Positions 10,565 to 20,069 of a stretch of 64,000 nucleotides of DNA are shown here, in pieces. The stretch covers positions 5,615-69,614 of IMG/VR virus record IMGVR_UViG_3300026311_000016; one strand, 5' to 3'. A program made the translations under genes and the position numbers. The DNA comes from a virus. Lineage: Duplodnaviria; Caudoviricetes. The notes under the pieces were generated by a model. It made no database searches and was not told where the DNA came from. It saw nothing but the letters and a program-made list of their open reading frames with translations. The stretch's first letter is position 1. Every line of letters begins with the position of its first letter.

Positions 10565-12628
10565 TTATTTAATTGTCTTAGCTCTTTCCTTAATGTGACC
10601 TATCAGATATTTAAAAACTGGATTATTTTCTTCTGTATCACTTTCAGTTGAAGCTTGTGGTGGAACGCCATCTATTGTAAACACTCCTGCTTTACTATCA
10701 ACCCAAACAACGTTACCAGTATCTAAATCAATAACCTGATAATGCTGATAATCCCATCCCTTACCATGAACTGGTTGATAACCAACATCTCCAACTCTCA
10801 TATAAGTTTTACCATTGTATGTGAATGGTACGTTCTTTTCGGGAACCGAAGTAAATGCTCGTTTGTCATCTGATGTTGGTCTGGTTCCAGTATCAATAGG
10901 GGTAGCTAATTTCTTAGCCAATGACATTTTTTCTGGATCCGATTTTAATTGCTCATAATTATAAGTACCAGCAAGAATTTCTTCCGTTCGTTTACTCATA
11001 ATTTCATCATATATTTTTGTTCCTTCGCCAAGTTCTATGATCGACGTGGCTTCAGTGCCCCATAATTCTGTAGGTGTTGACACCTTAGTAGGAACACCGT
11101 TGTTATTAACATAAACAATATCACCTTCAGTATAGTAAGCACCATTTTGTATTTCCACACCCTTACCATCTTCACCAACTTGATAGAGTTTACCTTCAAG
11201 TGTGTATGTCTTACCTACTTCTGTTGGGATATCAGCACCACCATCATCTTTATTAGCATTTTCGAATATCGGTTTACCATCTTTAAATGTAATTAAAGGT
11301 TTACCGTCAGCTCCAGGTACATACCACGAACCATCCTCATTCTGTATTGCCCCATTCTTTAACTGTGAATAATACTCTGCAAATGCTGTTGCAGTCTCTT
11401 CATCCATCCCACTATTCTTATATGTCTGTATAAGCGCATCAACTGCTTCCTGATCTATCTGAACCTGTGTTTTGGCGAAATCTATACGTGACTGAATATA
11501 ATCATCAACATTACCCTCATACCCACTCATCTCCATCTCTTTCATCAGATATGACATTGTAAGAGGGTCGTTCTTAACCTGATCAAGTGTTATAGTCCCC
11601 CCGTTAGAGTTCTTCATCTCTATAAGTCTATTAACGCTATGTTCAGCCCAAAAATCAAATGCAGCAGTTCTTGCTTCGTCTGCTTTTAATTTAAATTCTT
11701 CACTATCTAATAATAGTGCAATTTTTTCTAATTGTGCTGATCTATTCTTCCACTGATTATCAATACCATCGGTTATTTGTTGATATGCTAATTTAGCTTC
11801 TGTAATACTAAGATCTCCTTGTAATTGGAGAGTTGCTACCCTATTGGCCATTTCTCTCATTGCTAAATCAGCATCAGTTTTAAACTTACCTTCTTCGTAC
11901 TCAGCAGCGTTTATTGATTGTGTAGTAAACTCTTTAGCAGCATCAAACATCCGTTTGTTAATCTGCTCTGTCAGATCTCCTACCAATGCAGCTCTGTTAG
12001 ATTGTGTTACACGATTAAGTTCTGCTCCAGCAACACGCTTAGCACTGTCAGTTAAATAGGGGTTGTTTGCTATTCTCATCGACTGAGACATATTGGTAGC
12101 TGCTGCCGTAGCATCAAATCTATCCAATGGTCTATTAAACATTGTTTTATACACATCAGAATTAGGATCTGTGAACTGTTCAATCATATCTAATCCACGA
12201 CCAGTTGCATCCTCATATTCTTTCTGAGCTTCTGATGTACGCATGTTAGTAAATTTACTTACATCATCAGATTGTATCTGACCACCATTAAGATCTTGTA
12301 GTCCTCGTTTAACAGGATCAAGATATTTATTTATATCGAAGTTCTCTTGATCTGATGTATCTACAGATGTATTTATTTCGTTTATCTGTTTGATAATATC
12401 ATCAACTGAATTATCAGTAAGAGTCCTTGATGTGGATGTGGGTTTTGTATATAATGGTGATGTTGGATCAAGCGAAATACTTAATGGTGCTGGTGCTTCT
12501 GGTGCTTTTTTAGCGGAGGGAGCCTCTAAAGTAACGGAGGGAGCCTCTAAAGTAGTCGTATGAGCAGGATTGCCACTTGTAGTATTCTGTTTAAATCGAT
12601 CAAATATTTTTCTAAATATCGAAGCCAT
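10565..12628 (-). CDS. putative internal virion/ejection protein
   Basis: 687 aa, helical core; first gene after the promoter at 12650-12678. Confidence 0.55.
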   Translation of the reverse strand: MASIFRKIFDRFKQNTTSGNPAHTTTLEAPSVTLEAPSAKKAPEAPAPLSISLDPTSPLYTKPTSTSRTLTDNSVDDIIKQINEINTSVDTSDQENFDINKYLDPVKRGLQDLNGGQIQSDDVSKFTNMRTSEAQKEYEDATGRGLDMIEQFTDPNSDVYKTMFNRPLDRFDATAAATNMSQSMRIANNPYLTDSAKRVAGAELNRVTQSNRAALVGDLTEQINKRMFDAAKEFTTQSINAAEYEEGKFKTDADLAMREMANRVATLQLQGDLSITEAKLAYQQITDGIDNQWKNRSAQLEKIALLLDSEEFKLKADEARTAAFDFWAEHSVNRLIEMKNSNGGTITLDQVKNDPLTMSYLMKEMEMSGYEGNVDDYIQSRIDFAKTQVQIDQEAVDALIQTYKNSGMDEETATAFAEYYSQLKNGAIQNEDGSWYVPGADGKPLITFKDGKPIFENANKDDGGADIPTEVGKTYTLEGKLYQVGEDGKGVEIQNGAYYTEGDIVYVNNNGVPTKVSTPTELWGTEATSIIELGEGTKIYDEIMSKRTEEILAGTYNYEQLKSDPEKMSLAKKLATPIDTGTRPTSDDKRAFTSVPEKNVPFTYNGKTYMRVGDVGYQPVHGKGWDYQHYQVIDLDTGNVVWVDSKAGVFTIDGVPPQASTESDTEENNPVFKYLIGHIKERAKTIK
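12514..12554. repeat. 21-nt period tandem repeat encoding TLEAPS twice
   Basis: CGGAGGGAGCCTCTAAAGTA occurs at 12514 and 12535. Confidence 0.85.
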
Positions 12629-12649
12629 TTTTCCTCACAGTATACATAT

Positions 12650-12678
12650 AATATGTAGAATAAAATTATAGAAGTCAA
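12650..12678 (-). promoter_or_regulatory. sigma70-like promoter, TCTATA-spacer class
   Basis: minus strand TTGACT-tctataattttattcta(17)-CATATT. Confidence 0.7.
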
Positions 12679-12878
12679 GGATTATTTTCTAGATTTGTTA
12701 TTCTTCTTTTCAACAAGATGATCTCATCCATTAATTCTTTTTTTATATCATCATGCTCCTTTTTATTCCACTGTAAAATTCTTATTAATTCGTCCCATAT
12801 TGATGATAAATGGTCTTGTACATTTTTAATAATAGTATCTGGATATATCTTAAAAATAGGTTTGTTCAATTTATACAT
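12675..12878 (-). CDS. small coiled-coil hypothetical protein
   Basis: start reassigned to the ATG at 12878, which overlaps the upstream stop (TAATG). Confidence 0.5.
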   Translation of the reverse strand: MYKLNKPIFKIYPDTIIKNVQDHLSSIWDELIRILQWNKKEHDDIKKELMDEIILLKRRITNLENNP

Positions 12879-14020
12879 TAGAATACCACCGGACAAATGT
12901 TATCAAAGTTGTTTTTACTTCCATCTTTATACATATATTCAAGAACATCGTCTATAGTAGCAACCGTACTCTTTTTAACTAATCTAAAATCAAAGAGTGA
13001 GGTATTTTCGTCTATGTTTATAGTTAATAATTCTCCACTAAAACCGCTATTAAGCTGCCATTCACCATAACACAACACATAACCATTGATCTCATACTCT
13101 GACACAATAACATTTAAATCTGCGTCTGGTGTGGAAAACAAAGCATCTCCACTTAAAGTTGTCTTTTTGATCCATACAAACACATAGTAATCAGTGGTTG
13201 ATGTTATTGATGGGAGTGTGAATAAAGGCACAGACTCTGTTATCGATACAGCAGTATCATTATTGTCAGGCCCAGTAGTTAAAACCCCACCAATAGTATA
13301 TTTAGTTATTTTTTCAATTAGAGGGTTACTACGAGTTATTCTTCTATATACATTAGACAACACCTGTTGACATAAACCTTCATTTAATACTCGTATATCT
13401 GGTGTTTCATTGATATCTTTAACTATATAATCCTGCTGTCTACCAACTAATTTAAAACCAGATTTATTAGCTTTAAAAGCAGTTTGAAGTCTGTGACCCT
13501 CCACTTTCTTATCGTAAACTATTTCACCTGTAACTGGTATCTTTTTAGCAGAGGCTGTGCTGATATCAGGTACTCCATCAGCGTATATTTCTGCTGTGAA
13601 TTCTATATCCTGCGGATATCCATTAGAATCATATCCTATTACATCTCTATTCCTTTCATCGTATGGACGAACGTAAAATCTACTGGTGTCGTGTTCAACT
13701 AAGAATTTCTCGTATTCTCCAGTGTCTTCTTTAAACCTAATTTCTGGTTCTATGTCAAATCCGCCAGTTCCATCGGTTTCAACTTTATCTTTAAATTCGT
13801 TAGTAACATATGAACCACCAGGACCCTCTCTCATAGCAATATCATAGAATCTGCCATCTCTAAAATCCAACACGAGTATTCTAACATTGTTATTATTATC
13901 AAGTATTTTGACTACTCCACCACAAGTCTCAGGCATCGGCCAATATCCAGTATACTCTGTAAAATCTATACCTTGATCATATTTTATTCCCAATTTAATA
14001 CTCCTGTCACTGAGAGCCAT
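12878..14020 (-). CDS. tail nozzle (tubular protein B / P22 gp10-like), C-terminal part
   Basis: GRFYDI...D..G..I.PEIRF pattern resembling the post-propeller region of nozzle proteins; appears to continue 16635-18821. Confidence 0.55.
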   Translation of the reverse strand: MALSDRSIKLGIKYDQGIDFTEYTGYWPMPETCGGVVKILDNNNNVRILVLDFRDGRFYDIAMREGPGGSYVTNEFKDKVETDGTGGFDIEPEIRFKEDTGEYEKFLVEHDTSRFYVRPYDERNRDVIGYDSNGYPQDIEFTAEIYADGVPDISTASAKKIPVTGEIVYDKKVEGHRLQTAFKANKSGFKLVGRQQDYIVKDINETPDIRVLNEGLCQQVLSNVYRRITRSNPLIEKITKYTIGGVLTTGPDNNDTAVSITESVPLFTLPSITSTTDYYVFVWIKKTTLSGDALFSTPDADLNVIVSEYEINGYVLCYGEWQLNSGFSGELLTINIDENTSLFDFRLVKKSTVATIDDVLEYMYKDGSKNNFDNICPVVF

Positions 14021-14263
14021 TTATTCCTCATTTGTTTCAACATTGACAAAAAAACCGAAACATTTATTGGTCTTTCTCGGTATTTGTTCTACAGAATAAA
14101 CATAAATATAAAGTACTTTGGTTATAGGATTTCTTATATCATCAATATCATCCCATACTGTTAATGTAACAGTATACCTGCCAGGATATATATATTCGTG
14201 AGTCGGTACTTCTTCTGTACTCGATGAACCATCACCAAAGTCCCAATGATATCTGATAGCCAT
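14021..14263 (-). CDS. C-terminal half of a PKD (Ig-like) domain
   Basis: WDFGDGSSSTEEVPTHEYIYPGRYTVTLTV; lacks the first PKD strands; RBS GAGG; its TAA is directly followed by an in-frame ATG. Confidence 0.8.
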   Translation of the reverse strand: MAIRYHWDFGDGSSSTEEVPTHEYIYPGRYTVTLTVWDDIDDIRNPITKVLYIYVYSVEQIPRKTNKCFGFFVNVETNEE

Positions 14264-14457
14264 TATTTATCCTCTAATGACTTTTTAAGTTCTTCCAATT
14301 CTTTTTTAATTATTTCTAAATCCTGTTGTGCTTTTATAGCAGCATCATAAAATGGTTTAATTAGACTTAAAATTTCTCTCTGAAATCTGCCAGCAAGAAT
14401 ATCTGTTTCTCCAAGCACCACATCCCAATTAACACTTATGTTTTTTTCTTCGTTCAT
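14263..14457 (-). CDS. small coiled-coil protein, possible fibre chaperone
   Basis: 64 aa with a C-terminal heptad pattern. Confidence 0.45.
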   Translation of the reverse strand: MNEEKNISVNWDVVLGETDILAGRFQREILSLIKPFYDAAIKAQQDLEIIKKELEELKKSLEDK

Positions 14458-14954
14458 TCTCCTAACTCCTTTACGTTTTTTGTTTGATTATGAACATATA
14501 ATCCATTTGAATCTTTTAACCAAGAACGATCAAAATTTACACTTCTGAATGCTTTATAAATAATACCAATTTCATCTTTCCATTCATCTCTGGATTTAGT
14601 TTTTCTTTCAATCATTTTTCTGTATACAGATTTAAATAATTCCGTGTTATTTCCATTATAAATAAACTGATCAAAGAAAGGAAATAATAAAGGATCATCA
14701 CCTAAAATAATCTCATCTTTAATCTCTATTCCCCAATCAACAAAGCACGAATATGGGTTTTCTATTAATAATTCAATTCTCATCCATTCACTCGCTACTA
14801 CCGGAGATAGGCCTTTAAGTTTTTCAGGCTGCTCAATGATCACCTTGTATTCATACCCGTTCTTTTCAGCCCACTTCTGAACTGTTAACATATACCCCCG
14901 AATTGTTTCGGGGATTTCACCGATTGCTATTTGGAAGTTTGTTTTTTTATTCAT
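14454..14954 (-). CDS. degenerate glycosyltransferase-like protein
   Basis: QIAIG.IP, WAEKNGYEY and ASEWMRIELL...SCFVDWG resemble the GT32/GT34 ASD..R..L...GG.Y.D.D pattern but lack an intact DxD. Confidence 0.4.
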   Translation of the reverse strand: MNKKTNFQIAIGEIPETIRGYMLTVQKWAEKNGYEYKVIIEQPEKLKGLSPVVASEWMRIELLIENPYSCFVDWGIEIKDEIILGDDPLLFPFFDQFIYNGNNTELFKSVYRKMIERKTKSRDEWKDEIGIIYKAFRSVNFDRSWLKDSNGLYVHNQTKNVKELGE

Positions 14955-14990
14955 GTTTATTCCGTATAAAAAATGAACCTACCTTTACTA

Positions 14991-16454
14991 TCATGGTTTC
15001 AACTCCGCAGGACCGAGCCAAATGTTTGAAACTACCGCATATACCGGGTAGTCGTCATAATCCACTCCGATGCAGCGCAACATTAAACCCTCCCGCGGAA
15101 ACAGGTTTGGACCCTGTGAACCATACGCCGCCAGTAGCTCAATGGTATAGCTATGTGACTCGTTCACGATAAATATCTCATCACCTTCTCTTGCATTTGA
15201 AAAATATACTTTTGGTGATGAGGTTAAATTCGTATTTAGTCTGAAATTCCAGGTGGTCTCACTATTGAGATTTATAACAGTGTTTGTGGTAGTAATGGAC
15301 TTTCTTACAAACGTTCCTGTGTTGAGTTTGTTGGTAGATGTTTTGCCGTTTACAAGTGTATTTCCTTCAACCTCAAGCCTATTACCGCCGACAAAACTAT
15401 TTTTGCCAAAAGCAGTGTTACCATTTAGGTTGGTAAAGATTGCAGGTGTTAATGTTGCTATTTGATCAGCAATACCACTATCTGCAACCTGTACACTAAA
15501 TTGATTGTAGGCAAGTGTCGTTACAACACCACCTGAATTACTACCTGAGCCATATCTATAGCGCCAATTACTACCATCATGATATAAGTTGTGCATAATG
15601 TTCAATGTGGCTGATGGATGGCTATACAAAGTATTATGCTGATCAAGTGCTAAAGTCCATCGGTGATCATTTGCTGGTCTTGTGCCTAAAACTAATTTTG
15701 CAAAAGTTGGTGTGCTTGTCGTCTTTAAAGCTTGATCAAAATATGTTGACCAATCAGTATGACTTACTAGTGTGTGGCTTACTGCTGCTGCGCCAATATC
15801 ATCGCGCACTTGAGCGGCGGTTCTGGTCTTAATTGTATTTTCTTCGTGAGTAAGAAATACCGATGCTGCCGTTGATTTTTCAGGTATAATATTAACTGTC
15901 AAATCTGTATTCAATATGGTATTTTTAGAATTACTATCAATATTTTGAAATGTAGCTAAATCAACAAAGGTTCCTGGACTATCGGGATCTTCCGCTTGAA
16001 TTTTTATAGGAATACCATATGTAGTTCTAATTACATTATCATCACCAACTATTCCAATAGTCATACCATCGTTATCATCAGAAGAACCTCTACTCGCATT
16101 TGTTATTTGTATTAAACAATTTCCTGTAGATGGTTCATGGAAATGAGCTCTATTTTGTGGTGCTTCTATATTTACACCAAGTTTATTATCATTATATACA
16201 AACGTGGTACTATGTGAAGCACTACCTTCACTATCTGCTATAAACACACAGTTTTTAGGAGTAAGAGATGAACCACTTGCATCAGTTAAACACTTCTTTA
16301 AATTACCAAGAAGATCGCTATAACCAAATTTTTTCTGATCTGTTATCAAACATATTTTAGCTATTCCAATGTTTGTATTAAGATAAGAATAAACATTATT
16401 CTTTAATGTTATTTTAACAGCGGTTGATTCTGGTTCGTTATAAATATTAGCCAT
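14991..16454 (-). CDS. tail fibre / receptor-binding protein
   Basis: 487 aa, beta-rich, G.N repeats (KLGVNIEAP, GNTAFGKN) typical of fibre shafts; RBS AGGAG. Confidence 0.65.
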   Translation of the reverse strand: MANIYNEPESTAVKITLKNNVYSYLNTNIGIAKICLITDQKKFGYSDLLGNLKKCLTDASGSSLTPKNCVFIADSEGSASHSTTFVYNDNKLGVNIEAPQNRAHFHEPSTGNCLIQITNASRGSSDDNDGMTIGIVGDDNVIRTTYGIPIKIQAEDPDSPGTFVDLATFQNIDSNSKNTILNTDLTVNIIPEKSTAASVFLTHEENTIKTRTAAQVRDDIGAAAVSHTLVSHTDWSTYFDQALKTTSTPTFAKLVLGTRPANDHRWTLALDQHNTLYSHPSATLNIMHNLYHDGSNWRYRYGSGSNSGGVVTTLAYNQFSVQVADSGIADQIATLTPAIFTNLNGNTAFGKNSFVGGNRLEVEGNTLVNGKTSTNKLNTGTFVRKSITTTNTVINLNSETTWNFRLNTNLTSSPKVYFSNAREGDEIFIVNESHSYTIELLAAYGSQGPNLFPREGLMLRCIGVDYDDYPVYAVVSNIWLGPAELKP

Positions 16455-16465
16455 CTAATCTGCTC

Positions 16466-16642
16466 CTAATTTATATCCTGATATAATATAGTCGAATCGG
16501 TAGTATCCTGTAACAAAATCATACTATCGGTAGTATCCTGAAGATTATAAAAATCGAAATCTACAACAGGATAAAACGTCACTGATAAAGGTGCTAAACC
16601 TCTTATCTTATTAGCATAAAAATCAACTCCAAAATCAGGCAT
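16466..16642 (-). CDS. 58-aa ORF missed by the track: N-terminal part of a PKD domain plus LQDTTDS repeats
   Basis: MPDFGVDFYANKIRGLAPLSVTFYPVVDFDFYNLQDTTDSMILLQDTTDSTILYQDIN; overlaps the nozzle stop; GGGGG RBS; ATCGGTAGTATCCTG at 16496 and 16526. Confidence 0.7.
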   Translation of the reverse strand: MPDFGVDFYANKIRGLAPLSVTFYPVVDFDFYNLQDTTDSMILLQDTTDSTILYQDIN

Positions 16643-18821
16643 TTAACCCCCAAAATATATATCCTATTATTGGATCGTATATACTTGACATATTTGGCTG
16701 CATTTTCTTTAATTCATTCATCATCTTCTTTGAAGCCAAATTTTCTGAAAAGACATTACCATCAAACACTCTTAGTGCTGGTTCGTTAGTAATCATTATA
16801 TGATCCCCATTTTCAAGAGATCTAATACTACCGTAAGCAACAACGCCTATATTATCATCAACAGAAATATTCTGTGTTAATATAGGAACTACGATACCGA
16901 TATCAGATAAATCCAATTCATCATATGATGACATCAGTATATATCTTGTTGAATTAAACCCATAAATAACAAGTTTATCTCTGAGTAATTTTAAAAAGCG
17001 TATCCCGTCTTTGGTAATAAACTGTTGATAAACTGGATGATAATAACCTGATATATAATCATATTCTTCTGTTAGTTGAGAATAATAAATATTTCTATCA
17101 TCTCTAAGAGCAGTGAAAACAAAGCCGGATGAAATAACTCCTATATTACAATTAGGTAAATTCTCATACAATCTCTGATAACAAGTATAAGAAGTTATTC
17201 TTGATCTTAACAAATCATCTGTTATTGTATCGTTAAATGACCTGGATGTAGGTTTCCAACACCCTGTTATATATGTATCATCAAGTTCTATATCTTCAGC
17301 AAAATAAACGTGGTTGTCTACTATCTCTGAAATGTATACATAGACACCATTATCCAAGAAAACCTTATCACCAACAGAAATATTATTGATGGTAGAATAG
17401 TCTGTGTTTAAAGTGAATCCACCAACAGTGTCATCATAATTAAAATAATTACAGTGGGCGGCTCCTAATGATGCGCACGTTTTCTCTACATAAGGCAGGT
17501 TATCATCTATCTCACAGGTATTATTCTCTTCATCAACAGACACAATCACTGTGTCATATGATGTATCTCCATAGTGGGCGTTTATAGTAGATCCTACATC
17601 ATACTTACTCAAACTACCTCTAATAACAGTACATGCAGTACCATTAAAACTAACTTCTAATGCCTTACATACTGGTACATCAGCTATCCATATATATCTT
17701 GATGGATTAGTAGCAGTACCATCAGTTTTATTTAAGCCAGCTTCACTGACATCTGTAGTTCCCCAAATAGTAAATACATCCCAATGATTTTCTTTAACTT
17801 CACCAGCAGGACCATCGATGTTTGGAATGGTTAAATTACCTATAGTATTTCCATTTGAAGGAGATATAGTCTCCTCCATCCAATATTCTGAGTAGTCTAT
17901 ATAATTACTGTCTGGTGTATTTGTTCCACTATCTATCAATAATCGACATCCATTTGTTAGTCTATCTCTATTTTGACCAACACCGGATATTTTTCCAAGA
18001 CCATAAATATATCTTCTACAATATGTACTCGTATCTGTTTTATCTACTCCCGTTAATTTATCCTGTGGAATCAAAGAGTTTATTTTGTAATAAAAATAAG
18101 TCTCGTTTACATTGATGTTTAAATCAAGTCTATAAATACCGCCCTGATTAAATATCAAAAGATAATCATTATATTCGTCTATTGTAGAAATACTATTTTC
18201 AAGAATCTCTGTTGATTCACATATAGCTTTTTTCCATGATGTAATAAATATATCAGATGATACATAAATATCACTACCCAACTGAATCACTATTTTTTTA
18301 AGTGAATTATGGAAATAAATCCCATTCAACTGCTTTCTTATACTGATAGTACCTATATCAAGTATAGTTTCATCTGTTGATATCTGAGTTACTACATTAT
18401 TTTCATCTATGAAATTTATGATCTTTTCATTTATACCATTCTCATAAACTATAAAATCACCTATATTATCCTCAGACCATACATATCCAGATGTCGTAAC
18501 CGTTCTATTATCAGTATCGGCAACTAAAGACACAATAAGAATATCATCAACAGTTGTGGGTAGTATAGCATGTGGCACTCCTGTAGAATAATCCCCCCAC
18601 CGCTTACTCCCACTTCTACTAACAAGCTCAGACCCTTTATTAATGAAGTTCTTTAACTCAGCAATACCATTATCAGGGATAGACGTTCCTGGAATATCTT
18701 TAAATACACCAGCAGAAAAATCTCTCTGTTCACGAGTGATAAATCTTTCTGCTTCCTGTCTACTCATCGGTCTGAATGATTTGCTACTCACATTAATATC
18801 CTCTATACTTGGTATTAGCAA
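16635..18821 (-). CDS. tail nozzle (tubular protein B / P22 gp10-like), N-terminal part
   Basis: 728 aa, beta-propeller-like, directly after the adaptor gene; ends abruptly at SIYDPIIGYIFWGLNA. Confidence 0.65.
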   Translation of the reverse strand: MLIPSIEDINVSSKSFRPMSRQEAERFITREQRDFSAGVFKDIPGTSIPDNGIAELKNFINKGSELVSRSGSKRWGDYSTGVPHAILPTTVDDILIVSLVADTDNRTVTTSGYVWSEDNIGDFIVYENGINEKIINFIDENNVVTQISTDETILDIGTISIRKQLNGIYFHNSLKKIVIQLGSDIYVSSDIFITSWKKAICESTEILENSISTIDEYNDYLLIFNQGGIYRLDLNINVNETYFYYKINSLIPQDKLTGVDKTDTSTYCRRYIYGLGKISGVGQNRDRLTNGCRLLIDSGTNTPDSNYIDYSEYWMEETISPSNGNTIGNLTIPNIDGPAGEVKENHWDVFTIWGTTDVSEAGLNKTDGTATNPSRYIWIADVPVCKALEVSFNGTACTVIRGSLSKYDVGSTINAHYGDTSYDTVIVSVDEENNTCEIDDNLPYVEKTCASLGAAHCNYFNYDDTVGGFTLNTDYSTINNISVGDKVFLDNGVYVYISEIVDNHVYFAEDIELDDTYITGCWKPTSRSFNDTITDDLLRSRITSYTCYQRLYENLPNCNIGVISSGFVFTALRDDRNIYYSQLTEEYDYISGYYHPVYQQFITKDGIRFLKLLRDKLVIYGFNSTRYILMSSYDELDLSDIGIVVPILTQNISVDDNIGVVAYGSIRSLENGDHIMITNEPALRVFDGNVFSENLASKKMMNELKKMQPNMSSIYDPIIGYIFWGLNA

Positions 18822-19380
18822 CTCTTGTGTGGTTATCGCTCATCTTCTTTAGTAAGTCCGGTAGTAATGTTTGCATGAATGTACCATCATACCTGTCAGA
18901 CTTACCACTACGAAACTTCTCTATTAAACCACACAACCCTTCATATACATGAGATAGATGGTAAGCATCAGGTACTTCCAACTGAATATTCTCAGTAACC
19001 AACTCAACAGGAAATCTATAACATCTGACATAATAATCCTGTGATGCAGGATCTTCTTTAAATATTACTTTAGCAGGTGAAGACGGAGTTGTATCAAGTA
19101 ACATACATTCGATTGGTTCGTCTTCATTGATATATACAGACACAACTCTCCATATTTCAGCATCAAACCCATTGGTAGAATCAATAATATATTCATACTG
19201 ACCAGAAGTAGTTGTCAGTATAGGATCTTTCCCTGTGGATGGATCATACACCTTCATCTGATTGGTAGGACTCTGTGTAAAAATGATACGCTGAAGTTCA
19301 TTCAAGAACTCCAGCAGCATTTCTCTACTCCAATCAGGGAACTGCTTCTTTGCTAAACTAATCAGTGATTGGGTCTGCAT
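18793..19380 (-). CDS. head-tail adaptor (tubular protein A-like)
   Basis: 195 aa; helix-beta-helix layout (LLEFLNELQR...TTTSGQYEY...LEVPDAYH) and position after the capsid gene. Confidence 0.65.
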   Translation of the reverse strand: MQTQSLISLAKKQFPDWSREMLLEFLNELQRIIFTQSPTNQMKVYDPSTGKDPILTTTSGQYEYIIDSTNGFDAEIWRVVSVYINEDEPIECMLLDTTPSSPAKVIFKEDPASQDYYVRCYRFPVELVTENIQLEVPDAYHLSHVYEGLCGLIEKFRSGKSDRYDGTFMQTLLPDLLKKMSDNHTRVANTKYRGY

Positions 19381-20008
19381 CTTCTACATTGTCTCCATTA
19401 AGGATCTGTTCTTTTTTATCTTTAGGAATACGTCCCTTAACACGTTTACCAACATATTCTATTTTCTTTCCTGTCGCTTCAGCAAGAGCTTCTTCCAGTT
19501 CCTTCTTTCGTTTCTCAAGATCTTCCAACTTACGCTCTGTTGCCTTAATCTTATCTTCGGCTTCCTTCTCACGTTTCGTTTTCTTGATAATAAACTGAAC
19601 CTTTTCTGCTGGTTTGGTTGATATTCCTGCTTCCTCAGCTTCTTTCATCAACTCATCCCTGATCTTCTTATCAACAATTCTAAACCAGTTGTTAGAAAAT
19701 GAGTTAAGTAGTTTCTTTCGGTTGTATTCGGTGTCAAACACATATCCCCAACATCTTCCGTTATTGTCAGGGTAGAACTTCAATGGCTTATCTACCCACT
19801 CTACATTGACAGCCTCAGCAAAGAAATCTTCATCATCAATCACTTTAGGATACTTGTATCCATGTACTTCAGGTGCTGTTGCTCTTGGCTGACCGTCTCT
19901 AGGAACCCACATCAGTTCAATCAGGTCAATACCTGTGGATACTGATATATCTACAAACTTGGGGACATCTACATCCCCACCACAAGTTAAATTCTTACTT
20001 GAAATCAT
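19358..20008 (-). CDS. hypothetical protein downstream of the major capsid gene
   Basis: 216 aa with a charged coiled-coil C-terminus. Confidence 0.5.
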   Translation of the reverse strand: MISSKNLTCGGDVDVPKFVDISVSTGIDLIELMWVPRDGQPRATAPEVHGYKYPKVIDDEDFFAEAVNVEWVDKPLKFYPDNNGRCWGYVFDTEYNRKKLLNSFSNNWFRIVDKKIRDELMKEAEEAGISTKPAEKVQFIIKKTKREKEAEDKIKATERKLEDLEKRKKELEEALAEATGKKIEYVGKRVKGRIPKDKKEQILNGDNVEDADPITD

Positions 20009-20041
20009 AATACTTCCTTTCTTACGGAATTTATTAATAAT

Positions 20042-20064
20042 AAAAGGGGAGGATTACCCTCCCC
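20042..20064 (-). terminator. intrinsic terminator after the major capsid gene
   Basis: minus strand GGGGAGG-gtaat-CCTCCCC-TTTT. Confidence 0.75.
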
Positions 20065-20069
20065 ATAAA

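Noticed and set aside
14040-14060. T7 slippery run near the end of the PKD-C ORF as a frameshift into nozzle-C
   Set aside because: Nozzle-C is in the same frame beyond the TAA; the -1 and +1 frames both stop quickly
16635-16660. Frameshift fusing nozzle-N to PKD-N at TTTTGGGGG
   Set aside because: The PKD-N frame has an in-frame TAA immediately before its ATG
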